Shown here in pieces: positions 1-17,010 of a stretch of 64,000 nucleotides of DNA (position 1 is its first letter; the number at the start of each line of letters is the position of its first letter). A program made the position numbers and the translations under genes. The DNA comes from the human T2T-CHM13v2.0 reference genome, Homo sapiens: assembly GCF_009914755.1 (NCBI RefSeq), contig NC_060931.1; one strand, written 5' to 3'. Below the pieces are notes generated by a model. It worked only from the letters and a program-made list of their open reading frames with translations, had not been told where the DNA came from and made no database searches.

Positions 1-44
1 CTGTTGTTGGTTTGGGAGTGGGGAGTGCCATTTGGTAAAATGAA

Positions 45-245
45 AAGAACATGGATTCCAAAGGTAGGTCTCAATTTGAATCCTATCTCAATCATTTACT
101 AGTCATACAATCTCCAGTAGATTTTATTTTTCTAAACCTTGGTTCTTAACTTGCAAAATAGAGATAATAATATCTTCTTTGCAGGACTGTTGTGAGAATG
201 AACTGAACTTGTGTGTGGCTGGCCCATAACAGGCATCAACAAGTG
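45..245 (+). mobile_element. MIR SINE (diverged)
   Basis: ttgaatcct...ttgcaaaatagagataataata...gactgttgtgagaatgaa resembles the MIR core. Confidence 0.6.
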
Positions 246-428
246 GGTTTGAATCCAAGCCCCTACCTTCATAGTCTAGACACCAGGCAGAAGAGACTAA
301 CTGCTTTGGGCTGTGAGGATGAGACAAAAAAGCAGCTCCATCTACTTTGAGAAGTCAAATGTGTCAAATGCTTGTTTTTATTTGTAAAGTAAGACACATA
401 AACAATATTGTGTTTAAAGAATGATGGA

Positions 429-1066
<638 letters not shown>

Positions 1067-2455
1067 TCACAGATCCCAGAGCACCTACAAAGTAAGAGTT
1101 GTTTTATGCATTTGCCAAATCCATTGAAAATTATTTTAAGACTGAAAATAACATTTTCAAAAATTATTTGCCACCAAATGTGCCTGATCTAATTCAGTAT
1201 TGGGGTGCGAACACACGCCGAAACAGTACAAAAATAGGCTTATCCCAAGCACATTAATGAAGAACATGTTATAAGATGATTTTAAACTAATCTGCAGCTC
1301 TATCACTAAGCATCTAGCAGAACACATTATAAGCGTTCTATCAGGTTATTTCTGGTGTAGACAAACGAAAAGCCAGTTTCTATTATTTGACTGGTGCCCA
1401 TTTGTATTAAAGGACTAAGATGGAAAAGAGGCAAAGAATTTCCTAATTACTGATGACAATGATCTGCTGAGTCAAGTCAGAATGTGATTCAGTAAGATTG
1501 GAGGGGAAGGGAATGCAATATAATGGATGGGTACAGTATTGCTGGTACTGTGTTGAGCTGCAGGAAGATTTTGCTGACTTTCTTGAGAAGTGAGGGGATC
1601 TGGTGCCTGAGCAATCAACCATGATTCATAGTAACTTGCTACAGTGCTGTTTGAACAGAAATAAAATTTGACCTTTTTCTATGCACCCAAGCCACTCAAC
1701 AAAATATATTTGTAAATACAATTCCATCTTCTGACATTGGATCTAGGTGGTTTATTTAAAAAGCTGGGTCTTTATGATTTTGTTTTGCATAGACTTAAAA
1801 AAAATTTGTGTTTGTTTTATCCAGGCCATAGATTCCTGCTCTACTGCTCTTTTTGCCTCCTGCTTCTGTTTCTCAGAAAAATAGAAAATTGACTTTGCTT
1901 TGTTCAGGGGAGTCCATGGCATGTCCACCACTCCCATTTAAGTCAGGTTAACAGGGTAAATGCTGACGATGCACTGAGTCTACTGGTTCTAAAAGCCCTT
2001 TGTATTTGCTTTACCACCTTATAAAAAGGCATGGATCAGTATTTGTGTTGACCTTGAGGCTTTTCTTCTCACACCACGCAGATATCTTAACACAGGGGTT
2101 CACACATGGTGACCGGGCAGACAGATGCGTGTGAAACTAATGTGTAGACTAAATGCAATATACAGTTAATGCCTGGTGGGAAACAGAATTTTCCTTTAAT
2201 TGCCCATTTGTAAGATTGAATAAGTAGGCAGGCAGAGTGTAAACACAGCCCCATCTATAGACGTGTGTCTTGGGAACAGAAAGGATCACACATTCTTAAG
2301 CTAAGACAAAGGCTTTAGTTTGAAGATAATGTCTTTGATTATTTCAGCATGTAGGGCTATAGATAGCCTCTTGGAGGCTCCGCTAGAAAAAATTCGGAAT
2401 GGATTAAGTATATATTTTCCCACTAGCTGTGTCTGAACACATCACTCACGGCTCA

Positions 2456-2692
<237 letters not shown>

Positions 2693-3449
2693 CTAGTATT
2701 ATTAGATCTGAGTAGTGAACACATAGACTGGTATTCAGAGATTCCCCAAATCAATCTTTAATTGTTAGACATAATAAAAGTGAAAGGGCAGATTCAAGTC
2801 CAGGAACGTGGACAGATCTTAAGAAGGAAAATCTCCTTTCTTTCAATCTCCCAGCTTCTCAAACCCGTAGCTGAGTCTTGAGCAGGCAAATGACTCAGAA
2901 ACGTTTATGGTCTCCCTGGTACTAAAGTACTGTATACTTAGTTTCTTAAAAGAATCTGATTCATAGTGAGCCATTCTACTGAAATTGCACGATTTGTATC
3001 CAAATAGCAATACAACCTCTATCCAATGGCTTTTGGTATATAATAAATGCTCTCCAGGCTATATGTAACATTCGTTGTTTACTATATTAGAACCAGTAGT
3101 TTGCTTTATAATTTGAATTGTATAAAGCAATACTTATACTGTGTGTCTACTAGATTTTATGAAAATAAGACTTGAAAAGATGACATTCCTCCAACAATGA
3201 AACCATGTAAATTGAAGACAGGGACCTGATTATACTATTAAGTGAAAAGCTAAGTTGCTGAACAGTCTCTAGCAGGGTCTACATCTGTTATCTGTCCATT
3301 TCTGTATTTGTGTATAAAGGAACAACAAAAGTTAGACGAAAATGTGACACCGGAATTTATCCATTTGTCTCAAAGAGGCGGGATTCCAGGAAGTTTTAAT
3401 TTTCTTTTTTATGTTTTTCCTTTTATAATCAGAGGAATGTCATTTTTAA

Positions 3450-3580
3450 AAGGTTTGAGTTGTGGTGTAATACACATAGCATAGTTTGCCATCTTAACCA
3501 TTTTTCAGTAGACAGTCAGTAGCATTAAGCATGCTCACACTGTGGTGTAACCAATCTCCAGAACTTCTTCATCTTACAGG
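3450..3580 (-). mobile_element. L1M (L1MB-like) 3' fragment
   Basis: ccatcttaaccatttttcag...agcattaag...ctccagaacttcttcatctt is typical of an L1MB 3' end. Confidence 0.65.
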
Positions 3581-3736
3581 AATGTTGTTTTTAAAAGAGA
3601 GAACCAAATACTTCTCCAGATGTATGTGTTTTGAAAAATCAAATGCAAAGTAAGTAATGGCTTAATCAGACCGAACCACCATAATTGAATAGCCTGACCA
3701 ATTCGTGAAAGAACTAGCCATGGGCCTTTCACTGTC

Positions 3737-4005
3737 TTTTTTTGTTTTTGTTTTTGTTTTTCTGAGACGGAGTCTTGCTCTGTCACCCAGGCTGGAGTGC
3801 AGTGGTGCAATCTTGGCTCACTGCAACTTCCGCCTCAAGCAATTCTCCTGCCTCAGCCTCCTGAATAGCTGGGACTACAGGCACAAGCCACCGCACCTGG
3901 CTAATTTTTATGTTTTTGGTAGAGACAGGGTTTCACCATATTGGTCAGGCTGGTCTTGAACTCCTGACATCATATGATCCAACCCCCCACCTTGGCCTCC
4001 CAAAG
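3737..4005 (-). mobile_element. AluS, 5'-truncated
   Basis: T-rich tail then gagacggagtcttgctc...ttggcctcccaaag. Confidence 0.92.
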
Positions 4006-5191
4006 GGCTTTTGATTCAGCACATGAAGAGGAAATCACGGGCAGAGCTGTAGAAATCGTATTAGAATTTCATCTGTGTAGTTCCTTAGAAAGCTTTTCAT
4101 TGAACCACCTGTTTCAATTTCCATTTTTTAAAAAAATAAAATATACCTCTGTCTGTAATCACGCTACGATGAGCAGCTGACATTCTTACTCAGGACTTAG
4201 AATAATAATGCTTTAGAGTCCTGCACGAAGCCTCCAAAAGAGTGGAAAAAATACACAACCCTTCGAAACAGGTTTACTCAAGCACGGTGAGAGAGGCTGG
4301 GCGGTCATTGATTAACAGGGTATGCGTTCCTTCTCAAAGAGATGGCAAAGGAAGCTTGTTCTAAACTTTTCCACCATTTCAATGGCTACTTTCTCCTGAG
4401 TCATTAAGGGAACACTGGTATTAGGTTTTGTGTCACAGTTGTACCAAGGATACCTCGCCAGCTAAAGTTAATGCTTTTCTAAGTGCTTATGAATTAGGGG
4501 ACAGTCCCGGTTCTGAGCTGAAGGAATTCTCATCTAAATGCAAATCAAGACAAGCCTGTCTAGGATGCATAAATAGGTACAGTAATTTTTCCACCATTTA
4601 ATGTTCAGCCCCCCAAATGCATTTTCACACAACTCTATTGGTAAAGAAGTGTCCCTTATTAGAATTAAACGACATTTGCTTTCTTCCCCGCACCGGCTGT
4701 TACATAGGTAGAAAGTGTTCAGAGTCTTGATTTGGTTGACTTAAGGCATGGGAAATAAAATGGACAAAGAGAATCATTTTCCTAACCTCTGCTTCTCCAC
4801 ATCAGACTTCTAAATCCACGTCCGTGCCATTTCTATTTGATGTCCCAAAGGAATGAAAGAAAATGTGCCCCAGATGGAACTGAGGTTTCATCCCAGCTCT
4901 ACTTCTCTGTCCAGTGTTTTTCTAATTTAATGACACTGTCATCCTTCTTTTCATGCCAGAAACTGGAGAGTCCCCCTAGAGTCCTCTTCCCACACGCCAC
5001 ATATCCAGGCTGCACTTTTATAATGAATTCCTTCCTCTGAATCTCCACTCCTGTGGCTGTAATTCAGCCTTTTGTCACCTCTCACTGGGCTACTGCAGCA
5101 CTTTACTGGTTTTCTGGTTTAGTCTTTTCCGCATAAATTCCAGCCTCTAGCCTGTTACTAGAGTAATCATTCCATAAAATGCAAGTCTGTT

Positions 5192-5473
5192 GCTGGGCGT
5201 GGTGGCTCCCAGCACTTTGGGAGGCCAAGGAAGGAGGATGGCTTGAGCCCAGAAGTTCAAGACCAGCCTGGGCAACACAGGGAGAACCTATCTCTTCAAC
5301 AACAGAAAAAAAATTAGTCGGGCATGGTGGTGTGTGCTGGTAATCCCAGCTACTTAGGAGGCTACTCAGGATAGCTTGAGCCCAGGAGTTTGAGGCTGCA
5401 GTGAGCTATGATCACACTCCAGCATGAGTGACAGAGGGAGAATCTATCTCTAAAAACAAACAAATACATAAAA
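5192..5473 (+). mobile_element. AluJ
   Basis: Diverged dimeric Alu with gcttgagcccag and gtgagctatgatc. Confidence 0.88.
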
Positions 5474-5483
5474 CACAAGTCTG

Positions 5484-5657
5484 GGCTTGGCACAGTGGCT
5501 CACACTTGTAATCCCTTTGGATTTGGGATTACTTTGGGAATCTTTGGGAGGCTGAGGTGGGTGGATCACCTGAGGTCAGGAGTTCAAGACCAGCCTGGCC
5601 AACATGGCAAAACGCTGGTCTCTTCCAAAATTTAAAAAACAAAACAAAACAAAAAAA
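5484..5657 (+). mobile_element. Alu left monomer with internal rearrangement
   Basis: Left-arm Alu sequence followed by an A-rich tail; inverted insert at 5508-5532. Confidence 0.8.
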
Positions 5658-5863
5658 CGACACAAATCTGAACAAGTCCCTCCTCTGGAAATCATGGCAA
5701 GGGAGGGAAGGGCAAGTTTATGCTGTTTGTCTGTGCCACTTCAAATGTGCAGCCCTTCCTTACTCAAGGAGGTTAAGGGGAAGAACAAAGACCCTTCCAC
5801 CTTCACTTTATGTTACTCCAAATCTCCTCAATCAGCCCAAAAGCAGAGTGTGTAATTCTATAA

Positions 5864-6218
<355 letters not shown>

Positions 6219-6444
6219 CCACTTTGCCAGCTTAGTGGCCAGTCTGATCCTCCTTAAGGGCAGGACAAATAACTAATTCCACTGCCCTCTCCAGTGGAAT
6301 GCACTCCACGTCTTTAGTGAGGCAAAGCACTACTGTTTGTCCCTTGCCTTTCTGGGGATGAGACTCAATCTGCCCCTTTGCATTGGATGTTCCAACAAGC
6401 AACTGGCTAGCAGTATAAAGGGAAGCTCTGGCACAGATTAGTCA

Positions 6445-6662
6445 CAGATTGGCAAACTTTCTGAAAAAAGCCCAGATAGAAATATTTCGGCTTTGTGAGC
6501 CATATAGTCTCTGTTGCAGCAACTCACTCTGCTGTTGCAGCATGAAAACGGCAAGGACAATAAATAAATGAATGCACGTAGCTGTGTGCCAATAAAACTT
6601 TAATCACAAAACCAGGTGGTGGGCCAGACTTGACCCATGAGACACCATGTGCCAAACCCCTA
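6445..6662 (+). mobile_element. MER58A-like hAT-Charlie MITE
   Basis: ttggcaaactttc...ccagatagaaatattt...gtgtgccaataaaacttta...gccaaacccct. Confidence 0.75.
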
Positions 6663-6739
6663 ATCAGGTATATGAGCTAAGATGCTGCGTCAACCTTGGA
6701 TCAGCTGAGAATCTCGGATCTCTCCAGAGGTGACGGACA

Positions 6740-6910
6740 ACCATGCTGAGAACACGGATTCTGGAGCCCAGCTGCCTTGGTTCAAATCTTGGCTTTAGCG
6801 TTTGCTAGCCATTGAGCCTTTGGGGGAGTAACTTTACACAATTTTATCTCATTTGAGCCTCACAGCAACCCTGTGAGATAAATCCGATATTCCCATTTAA
6901 CAGAGGCCCG
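6740..6910. mobile_element. Two MIR fragments in opposite orientation
   Basis: ggagcccagctgccttggttcaaatctt (+), then ctcacagcaaccctgtgagat...cccatttaacagagg (-). Confidence 0.55.
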
Positions 6911-8654
6911 GGTACAGTGGGATCCAAGGTGCAGGAACTTCCCATTAGCACAGGGACATGCCGAGTCACTCTCATCTTTTAAAAGAGGTGCCCTCCCTGC
7001 CTGGGTCCCCCTCCTCCTCCAGCCAAGCCCTCACTCACATCTCCTCTTCACACCAAGCTTCTTGATAAAGCTGTCCACATCCTCCACCCTTACTTTGTCA
7101 TCTCACACTCACTTTGCAACCCTCTGCAACTGGCTTCTGTCCCTGGCTTTGAAATTGGTGACAGTTTTATCATGATGGTTTCTTAGACAAGAAATACACA
7201 TATTTAAGGTCTACTGCATACCTAGGTGATGTCCTTTATTGACATTGCCAGCCCAAGTTAGGGAAAAAGATAATCACGGTGCACTCTGCCTCCCAATAGA
7301 GGTGCTATATGTAGGTTACCTGTGATTCACTCTAGTGAACATCTCAACTCTACAACACCAATATTTGAGCCCTGGCCTCACCCAGGTGAAGGCAGGGTTG
7401 CCTCTCTAGGATGGAAAAATTCAATATGAACCCTAAAGTGGCCATCGTCATGGTTAAGGGATGCAGATTTTATCTTGAGAACTCTATCAACCAAGAGAGC
7501 AAAATAATACACTACTGGACATTTCCATTTTTCACCCTACACTTGCATCCCTGTGACCAAAATGATGCTAATCCAAGGCCATGCAATCTGTGCATCTGTA
7601 GGAGTAGGTATTTCATCTGTTAGTTTTGCTGCCCCGTGAGTGAAGAGGCAGGATGCACCCTTCAATGGCTTTAGCTCCAGAGTTCTGCTTCTACAGGATG
7701 CACCCCCTTTTTGCTGGGGAGACTCTCAAAGAGAGGAATGATCTCAACTGTCTCTGAGTGCTCAGTGCCTAGGACAGTGCCAAGCAGATAGGAAATGACC
7801 ACTGAACAAGTGAGTCCCCTCATGGGTCCCTGGGGAGACGACAGAGGCAGGGAGTTTATCACATTAAAAAGATCCAACAGCTTTTCTTTGGAGCTCAGCT
7901 ACCCTGGGGAACAGAATGAGTAAGAATCCCAAAGACCCCGGCCACTGCTCAGAAAAAAGGGCCACGCTCCCAGTCGTGTGTGTCTCTCTCTCTGCCTTCT
8001 TTCTGTTCATTGAGTCATGATTCCAACAGTGCAGGAACATAGGAAGAATGCCAATTATAATATTTTTTTGACAGCTGGGAGAATAGACACACTCTGCCTG
8101 TCTCTTCAGCACACAGGCAGCACTTGTCTAAGCGCCAGCTCTCGTGATAACCAATCCCGCTGAGAATCAGTTCTCTCTGTAGCTCCTACTCCTTGACCCA
8201 ATGTGAAATTTTTCCAAACTATTTTTAAAGTATCTAATCTGTTGTGAGTCACAGACTATAGAGCTGCTAGTTTACCATTTCTGGGCAGACAGCTTTAACA
8301 TCAAGACCTGATGAGGTTGTAAGGGTATTTAAAATGGCAGTCAGGAATATAAGAGCAAAGTGGTGCATATAAAGTCTTTAACTGTTCCTTAATGTCAAGC
8401 GATTTGAGATATTTATAGATTTTTTAAGTGCCTTTCTATCTTTGAAAGAAAAGGTAATTATTTCACATAACAACCTTGAAAGACTGGTCAGTGATCTTCT
8501 CCCAGATTTTCATAATAGGAGAACTAGGGGTCTTGGAGACTGACTGAATGGCAAAAGACAGTCCATTTTTAAAAACAACCCAAAGCTCTTGAGTTTATTA
8601 TCCATGGCTCAATTCACTGAGCTATGCTACCTCCCCTCACACCGGATGAAACAA

Positions 8655-9300
8655 GTATTAGTTATCTACTGATCCATAACAAATCACCAAAAACTCAGTG
8701 GCTTCAGACAACAATAATTTATTATCTGTTATGGACTGAATTTATGTGTTATGTGTTTCCCCAAAATTCATATGCTGGATCCCTAACCTCCAATGTGACT
8801 GTATTTGCAGACAGAGCCTTTAAAGAGGTAATTAAGTGAGGCCATAGGGTAGGCCCTAGTCCAATAGGACTTGTGTCCTTAAAAGAAGGAGAGGAGCTGC
8901 CAAGGATGAAAGCACAGTGATGCCTCTGTAAGCCAAGGAGAGAGGCCTCAGGAGAAACTGAACCTGCCAACACCTTGATCTTGGACTTCCAGCCTCCAGA
9001 ACCGTGACACATCAACTTCTGTTGTTTAAGCTGCCCAGTCTGTGGTATTCTGTTATGATAGTCCCAGCAAACTAATATAGTATCTCTTATGGTTTCCGTG
9101 GGTCAGGAATTCATGACCAGTTCAGTTGGACAATCCTGGTTCATGGTCTTTTATGAGGTCTCTCAGTTGGGTATAGCTGGGGCTGCCTAATCTGAAGGCT
9201 TGACTGGGGCTGGATGATCCACTTCCATGGTATGCCCTCCCATGGCTGGCAAGCTAGTGATGGCTGTTGGCAAGGGGCCGTAGTTCCTCCCTGCCTGGGC
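8655..9300 (-). mobile_element. Old MLT1 LTR split by a younger MLT1A insertion
   Basis: aaaactcagtggcttcagacaaca...tggtttccgtgggtcaggaattc...ctgaaggcttgactggggctgg. Confidence 0.6.
8727..9079 (+). mobile_element. MLT1A-type MaLR solo LTR
   Basis: tgttatggactgaat...caccttgatcttggacttccagcctccagaac...aaactaata. Confidence 0.8.
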
Positions 9301-9461
9301 CTAATGAAACTTCTTCATTCAGTCCTAACCAACCATCCTGCAGCCTTCCCTTTAGTTTAGTTATATATTAAATATATAATAAGAAGAAATAGGACAGCCC
9401 TTATTTTCTCCTGTCAGGATTTTGGTACCATAAATTTAAAAATGAAGGGGAGAAAAATCCC

Positions 9462-9897
9462 ATGTATTTTCCATGGTGCACTACCCAGATCCCCTTTCAG
9501 AAATGAAGGGTATTTTCCCAGCTGTTGAGAACCCTGCCAACTGACAACCTTCAACTATTAGCCGGGATTGCCCTTGGCTAAAGAGAGCTGCCTTGCCCAA
9601 GGTCAGCTCCCTGCCCAGGACAGCTGTCGTCTACTGACTGGCTGGTGTCAGAGTATAAAGGCCTAGTTTCTTTGCACCAACCTGGGATAACTCTGATGAG
9701 CCGCCCCAGCTTAGTCCTCCCTGTGGGTTAGCTGAGGCCTTTGTTGAGACTGCATTGCATCACAACTTCACCCTCTGCCCAATCTTCCTGCCTTCCCTTC
9801 TCCCACAGGTGTCAATCCTCAGAGCACTTCGTGATAAACATCCTGCACACCAATCTCTTCTTAGAGTTTGTATCTGAGGGGATGCAAACCGCAACAA
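9462..9897 (+). mobile_element. LTR16-family ERVL solo LTR
   Basis: gagagctgccttgcccaagg...gtataaaggcc...cttcaccctctgcccaatc...taaacatcctgcac. Confidence 0.65.
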
Positions 9898-10019
9898 TCT
9901 ACTTTACAGGAAGATTATTCTCAGAGCTGTCAACCATCTAAAAATAGCCAAATGAACCTCCAGATTCTATCTAGTACATCATGTGTTCAACTGCAGACCT
10001 AGCTGTTGAAACCAAGTGA

Positions 10020-10535
10020 TAAGGTAGATTGTCTTGGTAGAGATAGAGGTGTGCCTAATCCTCCACTTCTTCCTGTATCCACTCCCTCTGTAATGTGACT
10101 GCCACTTCTGCTTCATTTTGTTGGCCAAAGCAAATCATAAGGCCAACCCAGATCTGGGGAGGAGGAAACAGATTCTACCTTGGATAGGAGGAACTACCGT
10201 GTGCCTGTTCTGAGCCTAGGCCTCAAGGGACCTTGCATATACTTCTGTCTCTCTTGGAACCCTGTCACAGGCATTTGAACGAGCTGGGGCTAGCCTGCTG
10301 GAAAAGAGACCATGTGGAATTGAGACAAGTTAGCTGTTCCTGCCGAGGTCACTCTGGTCCAGCCAGTCCCCAAGTAACCTGGTAGGTGACCAAAGATGTA
10401 GTATGAATAAGCACAGTCAAGACCAGAAGAATGCCCACCCAAATTGCTGACCCACAGAATTGTGAGTTAAGTAAATGGTGGTTATGTTAAGTTTTGGGGA
10501 GGTTATTGCTATGCAGCAATAGAAAAACTGATGTA
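10020..10535 (+). mobile_element. MLT1F/G-like LTR
   Basis: tgttctgagcctaggcctcaag...gctgacccacagaattgtgag...tatgcagcaatag. Confidence 0.6.
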
Positions 10536-10540
10536 GTATC

Positions 10541-10962
10541 AGCTATGGTTTGGATGTGGTTTGTTCCTGTCAAAACCCATGTTGCAATTTGATCCCCCAA
10601 TGTGGCAGTGTTGAGAGGTGGGGCCTAGTGGGAGGTGTTTGGGCCATGGGGGCAGGTCCCTCATGAATAGATTAATACCCTACTGCAGGGGTATCTCACA
10701 GGAATGGATTAGTTCCCTTGAGAGCAGGTTGTTAAAAAGTGCCTGTCTTCCTCAGTTTCTCTCTCTTGCCAGGTGATCTCTTTGCACATGTCTGCTCCCT
10801 TTCTGCTTTCCATGAGTGGAAGAGGCATGAGGCCTTCATCAGATGCAGCTGCTCCATCTTGAGCTTTCCAGCCCCCAGAATCATGAATCAATTAAACCTC
10901 TTCTCTTTATAAACTACCCAGCCTCAGGTATATTGTTACAGCAACATTAAACAGACAAGACT
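10541..10962 (+). mobile_element. MSTB-type MaLR solo LTR
   Basis: gctatggtttggatgtggtttg...gggcctagtgggaggtgtttggg...actacccagcctcaggtat. Confidence 0.8.
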
Positions 10963-11029
10963 CAAATCTGCTGGATACATGAATCAGCTGGCAAAAGAAG
11001 AGCATAGAGAATTCAGACTATAGAATATG

Positions 11030-11435
11030 TCCTCGATTCATTTTAATGGGCTCTGGTGCACCCAGCTGCTGCAGAAGCTGCTACCGATGGCTCACACCTG
11101 CAACCTTTTTAGCAGGATTGTTCTTGGGTGATCAAAGCCATCTCAGCTGGAGGTGCATCTCCCTTGTCCTGGGACATCCTATAACTAAAGCCTGTCTTGT
11201 GTGAGGGCACAAAATCCAGCTGTCTTGCCTCAAGGTAGGGCAAATTCTGGGGCAATTTACAGCACCAATCTCCTCTGCTGTCACAGGCTGAGAGTGGATC
11301 TCATCTGCAACCACATCTTTGCTCAGCTTCTTCTTCCTTTCTCTCACCCTCTTACAGGTTCCTTCCGAGAGCACTCCCTTAATAAACAAACAAACTTGCT
11401 CCTGAAACCCCAGCTCAGGCTCTGCTTCCAATAAA
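11030..11435 (+). mobile_element. LTR16-family ERVL solo LTR
   Basis: ttgcctcaaggtagggcaaattctgggg...gagcactcccttaataaa...ctcaggctctgcttcc. Confidence 0.6.
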
Positions 11436-11699
11436 TCAAAAGTGAATTCCTAGGAGAAAAAGATGGGGAGCATGGGAGTGACTGCTGTGGAAGGAAATTG
11501 GAAAAGCGCTGATCATCCTAACACCTTTGCAGTAGAAGTTTTCAAACCAATAGAAGATGACTCTCCTCCCATTGGTCCAAGACAAACGTCTCCATCGCAA
11601 GTGCTTGATGTGCTCCCACTGCCTATAAGGAAACGCACTCCTTTCCTTTGTAAGACGGGAATGACACTTTCTTTTCTCTCCAATCTTTAATTTCTCCCT

Positions 11700-13832
<2,133 letters not shown>

Positions 13833-14182
13833 CTATTTTAGAATAAAATTCATGGGAACAGATTTTATAAAAATGATCTTCATGGTCGATGTTTACAGAA
13901 AGTATCTTTTTATTACAAAAGGCAGAGATAAATTACATCCAAATATTTTCAGACCATCAAAAGTCTTTAAGTAACTCACATTCCTCCACAGAGATTATCC
14001 TGGTAGCCAAATTAACAGAATCAGCCAAGCACATAAGGAACTTAGCACATAAAGATACTCAATAAAATCCAATTATAAAGGAGCAAATTTCTACGAACTT
14101 GAAACTACCACCCACCCTGCTGCCAGAATGTAATGATATGTTCTCTGCATGCCAAACATATCTTCTCCCAAAAGATAACAAC

Positions 14183-14291
14183 TGTTTTGGGTTGAATAGC
14201 GTCCTCTGAAAAGAGGTTGAGGTTCTAAGCCCTGGTACCTGTGACTGCAACCTTATTTGGAAGCAGAGTCTTTGCTGAGTAATCAGGTTAA
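14183..14291 (+). mobile_element. MLT1B/C 5' fragment
   Basis: tgttttgggttgaat...ggtacctgtgactgcaaccttatttggaag. Confidence 0.65.
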
Positions 14292-14614
14292 CCTGCTGCC
14301 AGGATGCTGAAAGCAGAAAGGGCTTGAGCCAAACCTTGGCCACAGAGGCTGTGAATGACGCAGGTGAAGGCAGCCCTTGCTGGCCTGAGGGCTGAAACTT
14401 ACAAGTGGGGTGAGGGGCTTGCTTACCATCAGGTAACCAATGGGGACATTCTCTTCCATTCCTTGAAATACACCCTTTCAAAATGTAAGTGGGGAGCCTT
14501 GGGCCATCAGCCTGATTTTCAGAAGCTCAAATGACATAAAAATTGGAGTCTTGACCAGATCATTCCTCTTTTTGGTTTATGGTGATAAATATACATAAAA
14601 GTTACCATTTGAAC

Positions 14615-14986
<372 letters not shown>

Positions 14987-16281
14987 ACCATTCGAACGAT
15001 TTTCAAGTGTACAGTTCAGTTGCAGCAAGTACATTCATACTGTTGTTCAGCCATCACCACCATTCATTGCCCCAACTCTTTCACTTTTCCAAACTGAAAC
15101 TCTGTCTCCGTCAAACACTAACTCATCTTTTCCCCTCCCCCCAGCCCCCGGTACCCACCATTCTACATTCCGTCTCTATTTGGATGACTCTAGGGACTCC
15201 TATAAGTGGCATTATGCAGTATGCGTCCTTTTGTGACTGGCTTATTTCACTCAGCACAAGGTCCTCAGGGCCCCTCCGTGTCACTCCCTGCATCGGAACT
15301 TCCTCTCTTTTTAAGGCTGGGTACTATTCCATCATCTGTATACACCACATTTGTTTATCCATTCACGACATTTGGATTGTTGTTGAAATCCCACTCGACT
15401 GCACACTCCTGCTGCCAGCCGCGTGCTGGGCACAGGGCACGTGCTCTGGGTCAGCTGCTGAGTATGGGACACAGCTGAGCATACTCACTCTCTCTCTGAC
15501 CCCAGGACACTCCCTCTCTGATCACCGTGGCAAGCCTGGAAGGACCTATACTTGTTGGCCTTGACCAAGGGCTGCGTGGTTGTGTGGGGTATAAACAGTT
15601 GGGTTATAAGGAGATAAGAACACCACTTTCCTGTTACACTCGCGGGGAGGAAGCTGACAGCAAACCCAGAGCACTCCCTGTATTCTCTTTTCTTTCAACT
15701 GGGAAGGCTCTGGGCTTGTCCCCAGCACAAAGCTGCTGCCGTCAAACATCAGGGACTCGTGGAAGAGCCCTGCGTCTGTGTCTGTCACTATCCCTTCAAA
15801 TGATCTCAAATAAATCGTGGTTTTCTCGTCAAACCACTGTCTCTTCTTAAATGGGGTTATTCTAATCCATGATCCCTAGTCAAAGCCTAATTTTCTTTTC
15901 TAGAAGGTTCTCCCTTCCCTCTCCCTTAATGTAAACACTGACAGTACTCCAGGCTCAGCCCAGCAGGTGACGTGCCTTGAAGCTGTCATTGCCCTTATCA
16001 GACCAGCGGTTTTCCGTTTCTCCCTCCTGTAGGGCCGACTGTGCCACTCATTATCCCGGCGAAACCGCTCTCCCCCTTTACTGAGCTGTTTTGCCCCAGT
16101 ACTGTTCAGTTCCCAATCAGATTGTAAGCTCTAGAAGGCAGGAACAATAACTTGCAGTTTAACCTTTGGCACCTGAAATAATACTTTGCTACACCTGTGT
16201 TTAATAAAATAACTGAATGAACAAGAATAGGAATAGTATGTTCTCAGCATGGCAACGCATCTTCTCCTAAAAGATAACAAC

Positions 16282-17010
16282 TGTTACAGATTGGACCGTA
16301 TCTCCTAAAAAGAGATGTTGAAGTTCTAAGTCCCAGTACCTGTGAATGTGACTTTTGGAAATAGGGTCTTTGTAGATATAATCAGGTTAAGATGATAGGG
16401 GTGGGCCCTCATCCAATGTAGCTTGTGTTCTTTTTTTTTTTTTTTTTTTTTGAGACAGTGTCTCGCTCTGTCACCCAGGCCGGAGTGCAGTGGTGCAATC
16501 TCGGCTCACTGCAACCTCTGCCTCTGGGTTCCCACGGTTCTCATGCCTCAGTCTCCTGACTAGTTGGGATTACAGGTGCCCACCACCACGCCAAGATAAT
16601 TTTTTGTATTTTTAGTAAAGACAGGGTTTCACCATGCTGGCCAGGCTGGTCTCGAACTCCTGGCCTCAAGTGATCCACCCACCTTGGCCTTCCAAAGTGC
16701 TGGGTTTACAGGCATGAGCCACCGCACCTGGCCTTGTATTCTTATAAGAAGGAAATTGGGATGCAAAGAAAGACAAAGGGAAGATGGCTATGTGAGAACG
16801 GGACAGAGACTGGAGTAACACTGTCACAAGCTGAAGCTGGAGAAGGCAAGGAAGAACTCTCCCTAGAGGCTTTGAAGAGAGTGTAGCCCTGCCAACACCT
16901 TGACTTTGGACTTTTGGCCTCCAGAACAGTGAGACAGTACATTTCTATTGTTTTAAGCCATCCAGTGTGTGGCACTATGTCATGCCCCAGTGACATGCGA
17001 CACTAATGTG
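16282..17010 (+). mobile_element. MLT1C-like solo LTR, split by an Alu
   Basis: cccagtacctgtgaatgtgac...gccctgccaacaccttgactttggacttttggcctccagaac. Confidence 0.78.
16430..16733 (-). mobile_element. AluS
   Basis: Full reverse Alu inside the MLT1C. Confidence 0.95.

Noticed and set aside
15375-15860. Possible old LTR with TATA-like and AATAAA motifs
   Set aside because: Could not assign a family or termini by eye.
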